Shown: positions 6,036 through 13,587 of the stretch, piece by piece
Position numbering within the stretch: the stretch's first letter is position 1
Layout of the letters: each line of letters starts with the position of its first letter
Origin: a virus
Direction: 5' to 3' (one strand)
DNA: 64,000 nt
Virus record (IMG/VR): IMGVR_UViG_3300045988_168118
Position numbers and translations under genes: made by a program
The notes under the pieces: generated by a model
The model's database searches: none
The model's input: only the letters and a program-made list of their open reading frames with translations
Told to the model about the DNA's origin: nothing

Positions 6036-6154
6036 TAAGAAATTTTTACCAGATAACCGTTTGTATTTTTTTCTACTGAAAAAATGTATTGATTATCTTT
6101 TAAGTATTTTTTTACAGTTTCAAATGCTTTTCGAGTTGTCAGTAACATTGTCAT
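6035..6154 (-). CDS. Tiny ORF, 39 aa (MTMLLTTRKAFETVKKYLKDNQYIFSVEKNTNGYLVKIS).
   Basis: Promoter 6187-6215 (TTGACA-17-TATCAT) and RBS GAGAGG before ATG at 6154. Confidence 0.25.
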   Translation of the reverse strand: MTMLLTTRKAFETVKKYLKDNQYIFSVEKNTNGYLVKIS

Positions 6155-6186
6155 ATTTCTTTACCTCTCTTTCATTTGATAATACT

Positions 6187-6215
6187 ATGATACTATATTT
6201 CCTTGCTTTTGTCAA
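6187..6215 (-). promoter_or_regulatory. Sigma-70-type promoter with ATCAAATGAAAGAGAGG leader.
   Basis: Reverse complement reads ttgacaaaagcaaggaaatatagtatcat. Confidence 0.45.
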
Positions 6216-6264
6216 GCATTTTAGGAAAATTTCTAAAGATTTTTTTATGCGGATTTCCACTGAA

Positions 6265-6330
6265 AAAACCTGAACTTAAGGAGATTGTAGGTGAACCGAC
6301 TCCAAAACTGTCAAGTTCGGGAGTCCCTTT
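6265..6330. terminator. Compound Y-shaped hairpin (cctgaactt...aagttcggg enclosing ggag/ctcc) with U-runs on both strands. Bidirectional terminator or insulator between early transcription units.
   Basis: 9-bp outer stem with one G-U pair, then gggagtcccttttttattt on the plus strand and ttttttcag on the minus strand. Confidence 0.4.
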
Positions 6331-6600
6331 TTTATTTAAGGAATGATTCTAAAGCCTTATAGCATAAATCAGCGTTTTCTTTATCTTTTATGCTAGTACC
6401 TTTAGAAAAGTCATTCATAGCGGCTGTTAGTAATTCCGGCACTGAAATAAATTCAAATACCAGTTGTAAAGCCGCCAATTCATTAAGATTGACTTTTTTT
6501 CATCGGTTCTTTCCTATCTCCTTTTTAAATATTTTATTTTCTTTACATTATTATTATATCAAATTTTTTAATAAAATTCAAAAAAGATACTTTATCTAAA

Positions 6601-6640
6601 TAAGCAAAGAAAAGGGCTGAACCTATTCCGCCCTTTTCCC
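6601..6640. terminator. Rho-independent terminator for the minus-strand gene 6650..6913 (agggc-N12-gccct, U-runs on both sides).
   Basis: Minus strand reads agggcggaataggttcagccct tttctttgcttattt. Confidence 0.45.
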
Positions 6641-6649
6641 GCTTTTCCG

Positions 6650-6913
6650 CTATCCTATTATCTCTGCATCTGTAATAATATCATCTGTCACACTATCAGT
6701 CCCTAAAGAATCCATGTATAATTTAACTTTATCTCTTGCTTTAAAACCGTCCCCGTAGAAACTCCATACATGCCCGTAGCTATCCATAACAACCACTTCA
6801 TTATTAAAAGAGCTAATCACTTTAGCTTCTCTTGTATACTTAGTAAAGCTACCAAAACCGCAAATACTACTTAAAGTTGCACTTACTATTAATCCTAAAA
6901 TCACCTTTTTCAT
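6650..6913 (-). CDS. Small secreted or lipoprotein-like early protein, 87 aa from MKKVILGLIVSATLSSICG.
   Basis: N-terminal signal-peptide-like hydrophobic stretch ending in Cys. The start is reassigned to ATG at 6913, because the track start is a TTG. Probably co-transcribed with 6919..7197. Confidence 0.45.
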   Translation of the reverse strand: MKKVILGLIVSATLSSICGFGSFTKYTREAKVISSFNNEVVVMDSYGHVWSFYGDGFKARDKVKLYMDSLGTDSVTDDIITDAEIIG

Positions 6914-6918
6914 TATGT

Positions 6919-7197
6919 CTAACTCCAACCTCTTTCTTTCTTAATCTTTTCGTATCTTCTTTTTTCTTCTTCTTCAATCTTCTTTTTGTCGTATACTCTA
7001 ACTTTCATTCTAGTATATCCGTCTCTTTTTAAACACCAACGTTCTGTTTTACGTTGTATTACTATCTTGTCGATAGCCCTTTGCTGTACCTCTTGCTTAT
7101 GAGTGTTATAATATTTGATACTCTCAATTTCTAATAAAGTACTTATTGGTCTGTACTTATTTGTTACACTAAACAAAGTGCATTGAATTGTTATCAT
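6919..7197 (-). CDS. Early hypothetical basic protein, 92 aa, with KKKIEEEEKRRYEKIKKERGW C-terminus.
   Basis: ORF with RBS AAAGAGAGGTGA. Promoter 7223-7251. Confidence 0.45.
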   Translation of the reverse strand: MITIQCTLFSVTNKYRPISTLLEIESIKYYNTHKQEVQQRAIDKIVIQRKTERWCLKRDGYTRMKVRVYDKKKIEEEEKRRYEKIKKERGWS

Positions 7198-7222
7198 CTT
7201 ATCACCTCTCTTTTCAAGTATT

Positions 7223-7251
7223 ATTATACTACCTTATTATACCATTGTCAA
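7223..7251 (-). promoter_or_regulatory. Sigma-70-type promoter (TTGACA-17-TATAAT).
   Basis: Reverse complement reads ttgacaatggtataataaggtagtataat. Confidence 0.5.
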
Positions 7252-7262
7252 GCTTTATTTAC

Positions 7263-7640
7263 AGTATTTTTATTTATTTTAATGCATATTTACTCATGTT
7301 ATTAAGATTAATAGTTAGTTTTAAATATATATATTTATATCTTTTTTATAAATAGTAAAATAAAATATAATATAAATATTATCATACTATTTTATTTAGT
7401 ATTATTTTATAAGCTTATTATTATTATTATTATACTATCTTATTATAATTATTATAAGATATTACAGTACCAATGTTAACATTATTATCATTATATTTCT
7501 TCTTTATATATAGTTATAATTGATAAGATTAACAATAATATAAGATAATGTTATTGTTAATTATATTTATGTATTGTATTGTTATAATATTGTATTATTA
7601 TTATTATTATTATTATCTTTCTTTTGTCTTAAGCTTAACC
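7263..7640. repeat. A/T-only tract of about 380 bp and roughly 10% GC, with (ATT)n/(TTA)n microsatellites at 7417-7434 and 7596-7618 and short TATA/ATAAT repeats. No ORF.
   Basis: Seen directly. Stop codons are frequent in all frames. Confidence 0.7.
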
Positions 7641-7679
7641 TCTCATTATAGCACCTTTAGCTCATTCTGTCAATAGACA

Positions 7680-7935
7680 TTTTACACAATTTTTCCTTTA
7701 AAACTTTGTGCAGATTGCCTATTGACATTTTTTGTCTATTGACATTTTACACAAAAATGAGAATATATTTTTGTACACTTTTACTATTGACAGGGTTTGT
7801 CAATAGACATAATGCACAAAATTTTCCACGTATTTTTGTACAATTTTACCTATTGACAAGTTCATTTTAGGAAAATATCTTTGTGCATTTTTTACAAAAA
7901 TTTAGCCAAAAATTTGTGCATTTTGCCTATTGACA
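7680..7935. promoter_or_regulatory. Cluster of at least 6 copies of the 9-10-mer (C/T)CTATTGACA(G/A) in both orientations, interleaved with TTGTGCA/TGCACAA half-sites. Includes the palindrome ctattgacagggtttgtcaatag. Iteron-like or operator array.
   Basis: Copies at about 7727, 7745, 7786, 7800 (reverse), 7850 and 7922. Most lack a good -10 at 17 nt, so they are unlikely all to be promoters. The triple composite tttgtgcaNNttgcctattgaca occurs at 4300, 7717 and 7910. Confidence 0.5.
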
Positions 7936-8451
7936 GGCTTCTCGGAGCGTTGCGAAAGTGTACGCTCCGACGATAGATGGCAAGCTACCAATAGCCAATA
8001 AAAATTCTAATCTTCTTGCTTTATTTTAGTTATTTAAAGAATTTATTTTATTAGTTTAACTCTTTCTCCTCTTTGCTTAAAATAATGTGTTCAAAACTCT
8101 TCTGAACAAAAAGCATATCCTCTTTGGAAAATGATTTGAAAAATTATTTGTTAGGCGGTGTCTTGTTGCTTCTTGCTCAAAAGAGATGCTCAAACTACAG
8201 ACCATACTTAAACATAATGCCGGGGTATATTAAAGGATTAAAATTTTTTACTTTTATAAAAAGATAGTGTTCTCCACAATTCTCTCTCCAAAAATTTTTT
8301 CAAATCTAAAAGTCTAAAAATAAAATCAAAAAACGAGAATTAAAAATCTCTCCAAAAAATTTTTTTAAACAAATTAAAATAAAATAAAATAAAGAGGATT
8401 TTAAAAAAATAAAAATATTTCTCATTTTCTCTTTAAAAACTACCCGCGATA

Positions 8452-9204
8452 TCAAACAAGGCTCCGAAAAGCGTCTAAATTAGATCCATTAGGGATAGCA
8501 AAAATTATTTTTTTAAAAATATAATTATTAGATAATTTCATAAATATCTTTTTAACTTCATTAGGATCTTGACCAAAAGCTCCGCATCCAAAAGCTCCTA
8601 AGATTAGAACATCAATTTTATTTTTCGCCGCAATGTCTAAAATAAAAGAGATTCTTTCTTTTAAAGCCTTAGTATTTTCTTCATCTGTTATCCCATTACG
8701 CTTAGCTTCTTTTTTATTCGGGGCTGCACAAGTAATAATATCACAATTATAAAAATCTTCAAAAAGAATGTTTGGACTATAAATCGCTCTATTCCAATAC
8801 AAACCGCGATTTATTAAGTTTTTATTTTCTCCATAAAAATCTTCTCTTTGCCGCCACAAAATATTATAAAGAATAGACTTATGACATAAGCTTCCTTCTT
8901 GAGTACTACTTCCTTTTAAAAAGCCTCCGCCAGGATATTTAAAAGATGCAAAATTAAGTGCGGCAATCTTACTATCAGGAAATTCAGATACAGCTTTTTT
9001 AATAGCATTAACAGTATCAGTTTCCCATATTTCATAATTAAGATTTTTTTCATTTATTTTCTTCATTTTATTTGCAATAGAACCTGGCACAAAACCACTA
9101 TAATATTTAGTTCTTGCGTTACACCATGCGATTTTATCTGAATATTCTTTTTCCATTTTATAAAAATGATTTATGGCTTGAATAGCTCTTTCTTTTTTAT
9201 TCAT
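8452..9204 (-). CDS. Bacterial-type poly(ADP-ribose) glycohydrolase / macrodomain hydrolase (DUF2263, TIGR02452 family).
   Basis: PARG signature NFASFKYPGGGFLKGSSTQEGSLCHKSILY (GGG-X7-QE) plus the diphosphate loop GAFGCGAFGQDP. It closely mirrors the NFANPxxPGGGFLxGAxAQEExLCRxSxLY and GAWGCGVFGN motifs of bacterial PARGs. The second catalytic Glu is replaced, giving QEG rather than QEE. Confidence 0.65.
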   Translation of the reverse strand: MNKKERAIQAINHFYKMEKEYSDKIAWCNARTKYYSGFVPGSIANKMKKINEKNLNYEIWETDTVNAIKKAVSEFPDSKIAALNFASFKYPGGGFLKGSSTQEGSLCHKSILYNILWRQREDFYGENKNLINRGLYWNRAIYSPNILFEDFYNCDIITCAAPNKKEAKRNGITDEENTKALKERISFILDIAAKNKIDVLILGAFGCGAFGQDPNEVKKIFMKLSNNYIFKKIIFAIPNGSNLDAFRSLV

Positions 9205-9224
9205 CTATTAACATCCTCGTTTTA

Positions 9225-9413
9225 TTAGAACATCGCATTTGCTTGTTCATAATATTTTAATTCTTGAATCCAAGCGATTGGAATTACCATTTCCGCTTTA
9301 GCATATCTTTCTATAGCATCCATAATCTCATTTCTTCTACTATTAATTACTTCTAATCTAAAAGCTTCACGCGGAACCAAACCTGCAACTGTCTTTTTTG
9401 CTTCATTATTCAT
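9225..9413 (-). CDS. Hypothetical protein, 62 aa.
   Basis: ORF packed tightly between the PARG-like and DUF2493 genes, with 2-nt and 20-nt gaps. Confidence 0.4.
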   Translation of the reverse strand: MNNEAKKTVAGLVPREAFRLEVINSRRNEIMDAIERYAKAEMVIPIAWIQELKYYEQANAMF

Positions 9414-9414
9414 A

Positions 9415-9762
9415 TTATTTTCCTCCTATTTTAATTACTTTACCATGCTTTCCATTCATTTTCATTTTCATAATAATTTTTCTAATTATTGCATCTTTTC
9501 CGTCATAAAAAAATATACCAAAATCAATATTTTCTACCATTTTCTGAATTAATTTATCTATGTTGCGATCAAATACATATTCAATAGGAGCACCATTATT
9601 TTCTGCCCATATTTTTCCAATAGACTCCGAGAGCTTCTTCTCCGTATTCCCGCAAACAACAGTAAATAAATAACATTGCGTTTCGCGGATAAAATCTTCC
9701 ATAGTTGCGGAGACTAGGCGATTATCTGCGAAACCGCGACTTCCAAGAATACTAATTTTCAT
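9415..9762 (-). CDS. DUF2493 / SLOG-superfamily (DprA/LOG-like Rossmann) protein.
   Basis: ILGSRGF...VVCGNTEKKLSESIGKIWAENNGAPIEYVF...FFYDGKDAIIRKIIMKMKMNGKHGKVIKI matches the DUF2493 pattern vtGsRdf...vhGgarGaD...waae.gvp.e.f...fwdGkSrGTkhmielakk.gkpv.vi. RBS AAGAGGAAAAAG. Confidence 0.5.
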   Translation of the reverse strand: MKISILGSRGFADNRLVSATMEDFIRETQCYLFTVVCGNTEKKLSESIGKIWAENNGAPIEYVFDRNIDKLIQKMVENIDFGIFFYDGKDAIIRKIIMKMKMNGKHGKVIKIGGK

Positions 9763-9843
9763 TTCTTTTTCCTCTTGTTTTATTTATAAAATAATTATAA
9801 CAAAAATTTTTTAAAAAATCCAATTAAAGTGCTTTAATCAAAT

Positions 9844-9872
9844 TTGACAAAAAAATTTTTTTGTGGTATAAT
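9844..9872 (+). promoter_or_regulatory. Consensus promoter (TTGACA-17-TGgTATAAT) for the plus-strand morphogenesis block. It diverges from the minus-strand promoter of the SLOG-PARG operon, TGtTATAAT at about 9795-9803.
   Basis: tttgacaaaaaaatttttttgtggtataat, 27 nt upstream of RBS AAGGAG and the ATG at 9900. Confidence 0.6.
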
Positions 9873-9899
9873 ATAATTGTAAACTAGAAAGGAGAAATT

Positions 9900-11063
9900 A
9901 TGACACCAATAACATTAGAAGATAAGGCTTTTGAGGAGAATAATGTTTTAGAAGAAGAAAAAAAAATAACAGAAAAACAAATCGAAGAAGAAAATATGCA
10001 AACTACTATTAAACTAGATTATTCTTTAGAAACTCCTGAAGAGCGGAATGAATTAGTTAAAAAAATTATAGATAAGACTCCTTCTGAGCAATTAACACCT
10101 AAATATTTAGAAATATTATCAGATTACATTATTTTTGCTATGGATAAACAAGAGCGGAAACAGAAGCAAATATTAACTGATAATCATATGGTCACAGTTA
10201 ATAAAAGAGAAACTTCTTTTGAAGGATTAGTTGGTCGCTTAGAGAATGGCGAAGATGGCATTTATAATATGATCGCCAATGATAAGAATATTATTTTTAC
10301 ACCTAAATTTCAAATAACTCAACAGGATATTGCGGAAATCCCTGAGTTAAAGCAACTTGTAGACGCGATTGCGGAAGTCGAAAAAGCTGAGAAAAAAGCA
10401 GTTGGTAAAAAGAAATTTTTATTAAAAAAGCAACTTATTGCTATGAGACAAGATCAATATGTAATTAGAAGTGCATACAAGCCGCCAATTTATTGTATGA
10501 ACGCAATTAAAAGTTTTAGCAAAATTGATTTTGATGAAAATGTTTCTATTAGCGGAAATGATGAAATTGAAGATAATAGCTTAGTTTCTTTTTTTAATCC
10601 TAAGCACATATCTGCATTATTATGTAACTATTCCCGCCTAAAAGAAGATGCATGGGGAAAATTCTACAGTGATTCATATTTTTTAATGGAGGATTTAGAT
10701 ACATTAATAGAGAAGACTCTAAGAGATAGTTATCCAATGTATTATGACCTCTTGATTTATAAAATAGACGGAAAACAAAATCTTGAAATTCAGAGTCTGT
10801 TGAATCAAAAACACAATGTAAAACATTCAGTGGAATATATATCATCTTTATGGCGGAATAAAATACCTAAGCTATTGTCAGAGCAAGCTCAGGAAGACTA
10901 TTTAATTTGGTATTACACAACTCAGAAAAAAGGAAAATGGAAAAAATGTTCCCGTTGTGGGGAAATCAAATTAGCTCATAATAAATTTTTTTCAAAGAAT
11001 AAGACAAGTAAAGATCATTTTTACAGTATATGTAAATGTTGTCGAAATAAGAAAAATAAATAA
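9900..11063 (+). CDS. Hypothetical protein, 387 aa, with C-terminal C4 zinc ribbon (CSRCGEIK...CKCC).
   Basis: ORF with RBS AGGAG. First gene of the late block. No family recognised. Confidence 0.55.
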   Translation: MTPITLEDKAFEENNVLEEEKKITEKQIEEENMQTTIKLDYSLETPEERNELVKKIIDKTPSEQLTPKYLEILSDYIIFAMDKQERKQKQILTDNHMVTVNKRETSFEGLVGRLENGEDGIYNMIANDKNIIFTPKFQITQQDIAEIPELKQLVDAIAEVEKAEKKAVGKKKFLLKKQLIAMRQDQYVIRSAYKPPIYCMNAIKSFSKIDFDENVSISGNDEIEDNSLVSFFNPKHISALLCNYSRLKEDAWGKFYSDSYFLMEDLDTLIEKTLRDSYPMYYDLLIYKIDGKQNLEIQSLLNQKHNVKHSVEYISSLWRNKIPKLLSEQAQEDYLIWYYTTQKKGKWKKCSRCGEIKLAHNKFFSKNKTSKDHFYSICKCCRNKKNK

Positions 11064-11075
11064 AGGAGGCTAATA

Positions 11076-12275
11076 ATGAATTATACTTGCAACAAATGCG
11101 GAAAGTCAATGGATGAAATAAATTTTTATACATATAAAAATGGTAAAAAAACAGAATTATGTAAAAAATGTTTAACTATGCATATAAATAATTTTGAACC
11201 TAATACTTTCCTATGGGCATTAGAAAAGATGGATGTTCCATATGTTCCAGAAGAATGGAATATTTTAAGGGATAAAGCCTATGCAAAAGACCCTTATAAA
11301 ATGAATGGGATGTCAGTATTTGGAAAATATCTTTCTAAAATGCGGCTAAAGCAGTGGAAAGATTATAGTTGGGCAGATACAGAAAAGATTGCTCAAGAAA
11401 AAGAAGAAAAGACTCAAAAGGATCTTGAACAACAGAAAAAGTTTGAAGAAAGTATGAAGCAACAGCTTGAAAAAGGTGAAATTTCTGAAGCTGAATACAA
11501 AACGATGGTTTCTACCCCCACTCAAAACGCGGAATTGGCGGTAAAAGCTCCTAAGAATGAGATTGGAACTGACAATTTTTATGATGAAAATAATTTTATA
11601 AGCGAGGATGAATTAATTGATCCCGCCGCGGAATTAACTCAAGAAGATAAGATTTACTTAGCTATGAAATGGGGACGTTTGTATAAACCAAATGAATGGG
11701 TTGAACTAGAGAAAAAATATGAAGAGATGACTAGTTCTTTTGATATTCAAGACTCAGATACTACAGGAACTTTAATTCTTATTTGTAAAACTTATTTAAA
11801 GATGAATCAGGCGATCGATTGCGGTGACATGGATGGCTATCAGAAGTTATCCAGAGTATATGATTCATTACGTAAATCTGCGAAATTCACAGCCGCACAA
11901 AATAAAGAAGTAAAAAGTGATTTTGTAGATTGTATTGGAGAGATGGTTGCCTATTGTGAAAAAAATGGCGGTCAGATTCCAAGGATGAAAATAGATGCAC
12001 CAAATGATATAGTTGATAAAGTTATCATGGATTTAAAAGAGTATACAAGATCATTAATCTATGATGATAAGTCTCTTGCTCAACAGATAGAAAATTATAT
12101 TAAGCAGAGAGAAAATGCTGATGCAATGAAGAAAGATAGAGAAGAAGCTAAAGAAAAAGGCTATAATCAGATAGAAATAAAAGATAGAGATTATCAAGCT
12201 TATTTTGAAAATATTGCAAAAGAAAAAGAAGAAGATGAAAAAATTTATATAGGAGAGGATGAAGACTTTATATGA
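11076..12275 (+). CDS. Putative terminase small subunit, 399 aa, with N-terminal CxxC...CxxC zinc ribbon, coiled-coil and acidic C-terminus.
   Basis: Sits immediately upstream of TerL with an ATGA start/stop overlap at 12272-12275. The function is inferred from position only. Confidence 0.35.
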   Translation: MNYTCNKCGKSMDEINFYTYKNGKKTELCKKCLTMHINNFEPNTFLWALEKMDVPYVPEEWNILRDKAYAKDPYKMNGMSVFGKYLSKMRLKQWKDYSWADTEKIAQEKEEKTQKDLEQQKKFEESMKQQLEKGEISEAEYKTMVSTPTQNAELAVKAPKNEIGTDNFYDENNFISEDELIDPAAELTQEDKIYLAMKWGRLYKPNEWVELEKKYEEMTSSFDIQDSDTTGTLILICKTYLKMNQAIDCGDMDGYQKLSRVYDSLRKSAKFTAAQNKEVKSDFVDCIGEMVAYCEKNGGQIPRMKIDAPNDIVDKVIMDLKEYTRSLIYDDKSLAQQIENYIKQRENADAMKKDREEAKEKGYNQIEIKDRDYQAYFENIAKEKEEDEKIYIGEDEDFI

Positions 12276-12607
12276 GTTTAAAAGGTCTATTAGATTTATC
12301 TGAATCTAGAACCCTTAAGAAACAGGGCATGTCAGAAGAAAGACTAAAAGCTCAACTTCCTCATTTAAGAAATCTAATCGCTTATTATAGAGAATATCCA
12401 GACCTTTTGGTAGACTTTATGAAAGGTCCTGAGAGTACTTTTAAATTCTTTTTTTATCAGAGAATATTTTTAAGGATTACGATGCGGCATAGGTATGTGT
12501 ATGCTACTTTTCCACGTGCGTATAGTAAATCATTCTTATCTATGATGATTCTTATGTTAAGGTGTATTCTCTATCCTAATTCACATTTGTTTGTTACTAC
12601 TGGTGGT
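12272..12607 (+). CDS. terL: Terminase large subunit, exon 1 (ATPase domain with Walker A-like ATFPRAYSKSF).
   Basis: FYQRIFLRIT...ATFPRAYSKSFLSMMILM...HLFVTTGG is TerL N-terminal architecture. The open frame hits a stop 2 codons later. The proposed 5' splice site is after T12607. Confidence 0.6.
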
Positions 12608-13587
12608 AAAATATAATTATAAGTAAAGGAGGAGCATTAAAAATGAGTGCAAAAAACGTCCTAACTAATTTTAATAAAATTGATACTGAAGAAAAAGCTT
12701 ATTGGTTAGGCTTTTTATATGCGGATGGAAGTGTTGGTTCTAAAGAAGATAAAATAGAACTAGGACTAGCAAAAAAAGATTTAAAACATATAGAAAAATT
12801 TAGAGATTTTATGAATATAACTAATAAAATTAGCTATAGAGAAAGAACAAAATCTTATAGAATGAGTTTTAGGAATGCTCAATGTAAACAGGATTTAATA
12901 GATAAAGGGTGCGTTCCTAAAAAATCATTAATTCTTGATTTTCCAAATGAAAAACAAGTACCAAAACATTTAATTAGACATTTTATAAGAGGGTATTTTG
13001 ATGGCGATGGATGGTTTACAAATACAGAAAGTTGTTTTCAAATAGGTATAATCGGAACTGAAAATTTTATAAAAGGTTTTTTGAAATCTATTGAAAATAT
13101 AAATAAAGAAAATAAAATTTTCGATGTTCATAGAGAAAATGGAGCTAAAAGATATGTTTTTGGAGCTTATGAAGATGTTTTAAATTTTTTAAATTGGATT
13201 TATAAAGATTCAAGTATTTATTTGGAAAGAAAATATGCTAGTTATTTAGATTTTATCCAAAATGGAAGTAAGTATCATAAAATAAAATAAAAAATTTTTG
13301 CCGTATATTAAAGAAATTTAATATATGATTATTGCGGAATTAAGCGGGGAGGCTGAGATGCTAATCCGAACCGAAGGCTATAGGAACTATAGTCAGGGGC
13401 AACGCATAGATGGTGAAAAGATATAATCCATCCACGAGTCCGCAACACAGCATTATATAGGAATGCTTGAGACTATCTCACCAATAGTCAAACCTAACGT
13501 AAAACGAGGGTGAAAAGATATGCTAAGCTTATACGAAAAAGAAGTATAAGAACTAAAGGATAAAAAGCCTTTAGGATAATATAACTG
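12608..13587 (+). mobile_element. Group I-like self-splicing intron of about 980 nt interrupting TerL and carrying a LAGLIDADG homing-endonuclease ORF. Boundaries are inferred.
   Basis: The exon 2 frame opens at 13585 with no start codon or RBS, yet encodes conserved TerL sequence (EQAASITIAKIEEICKLIPALNNELDWSRG...SSRGQRRTGGLMEE). Joining after U12607 and G13587 restores the frame to give ...FVTTGG|KEQAASITIAK.... The 3' part of the intron (13300-13587) is non-coding. Confidence 0.55.
12643..13290 (+). CDS. LAGLIDADG homing endonuclease with two motifs, encoded within the intron.
   Basis: Motifs YWLGFLYADGSVG and IRGYFDGDGWF. Own RBS AAGGAGG. Confidence 0.8.
   Translation: MSAKNVLTNFNKIDTEEKAYWLGFLYADGSVGSKEDKIELGLAKKDLKHIEKFRDFMNITNKISYRERTKSYRMSFRNAQCKQDLIDKGCVPKKSLILDFPNEKQVPKHLIRHFIRGYFDGDGWFTNTESCFQIGIIGTENFIKGFLKSIENINKENKIFDVHRENGAKRYVFGAYEDVLNFLNWIYKDSSIYLERKYASYLDFIQNGSKYHKIK

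Noticed and set aside
13-6599. Plus-strand ORFs in the early region: 13..504, 949..1167, 1007..1240, 1359..1583, 1683..2093, 2036..2353, 3355..3543, 3847..4107, 4129..4323, 4338..4541, 4958..5365, 5968..6273 and 6390..6599.
   Set aside because: Their products are F/L/I/K-rich and low-complexity, as expected from antisense reading of A+T-rich DNA. They lack an RBS and run across promoters, terminators or the well-supported minus-strand genes.
7680-7935. Reading every CCTATTGACA copy as a separate plus-strand promoter.
   Set aside because: Only the copies at 4320 and 1100 (reverse) have a TATAAT at 17 nt. Most copies in 7680-7935 have no usable -10, occur in both orientations and form palindromes. 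A protein-binding array is the better explanation.
7990-8450. A hydrophobic 39-aa minus-strand ORF (MRNIFIFLKSSLFYFILICLKKFFGEIFNSRFLILFLDF) just downstream of the PARG-like gene.
   Set aside because: F/I/L/K-rich peptides arise by chance in DNA that is about 80% A+T. The RBS is weak, so it is not called.
12608-13587. Intein rather than intron in the terminase large subunit.
   Set aside because: The intervening sequence has stop codons in the TerL frame, has its own RBS for the endonuclease, and includes about 300 nt of non-coding RNA. It is an intron, not an in-frame intein.
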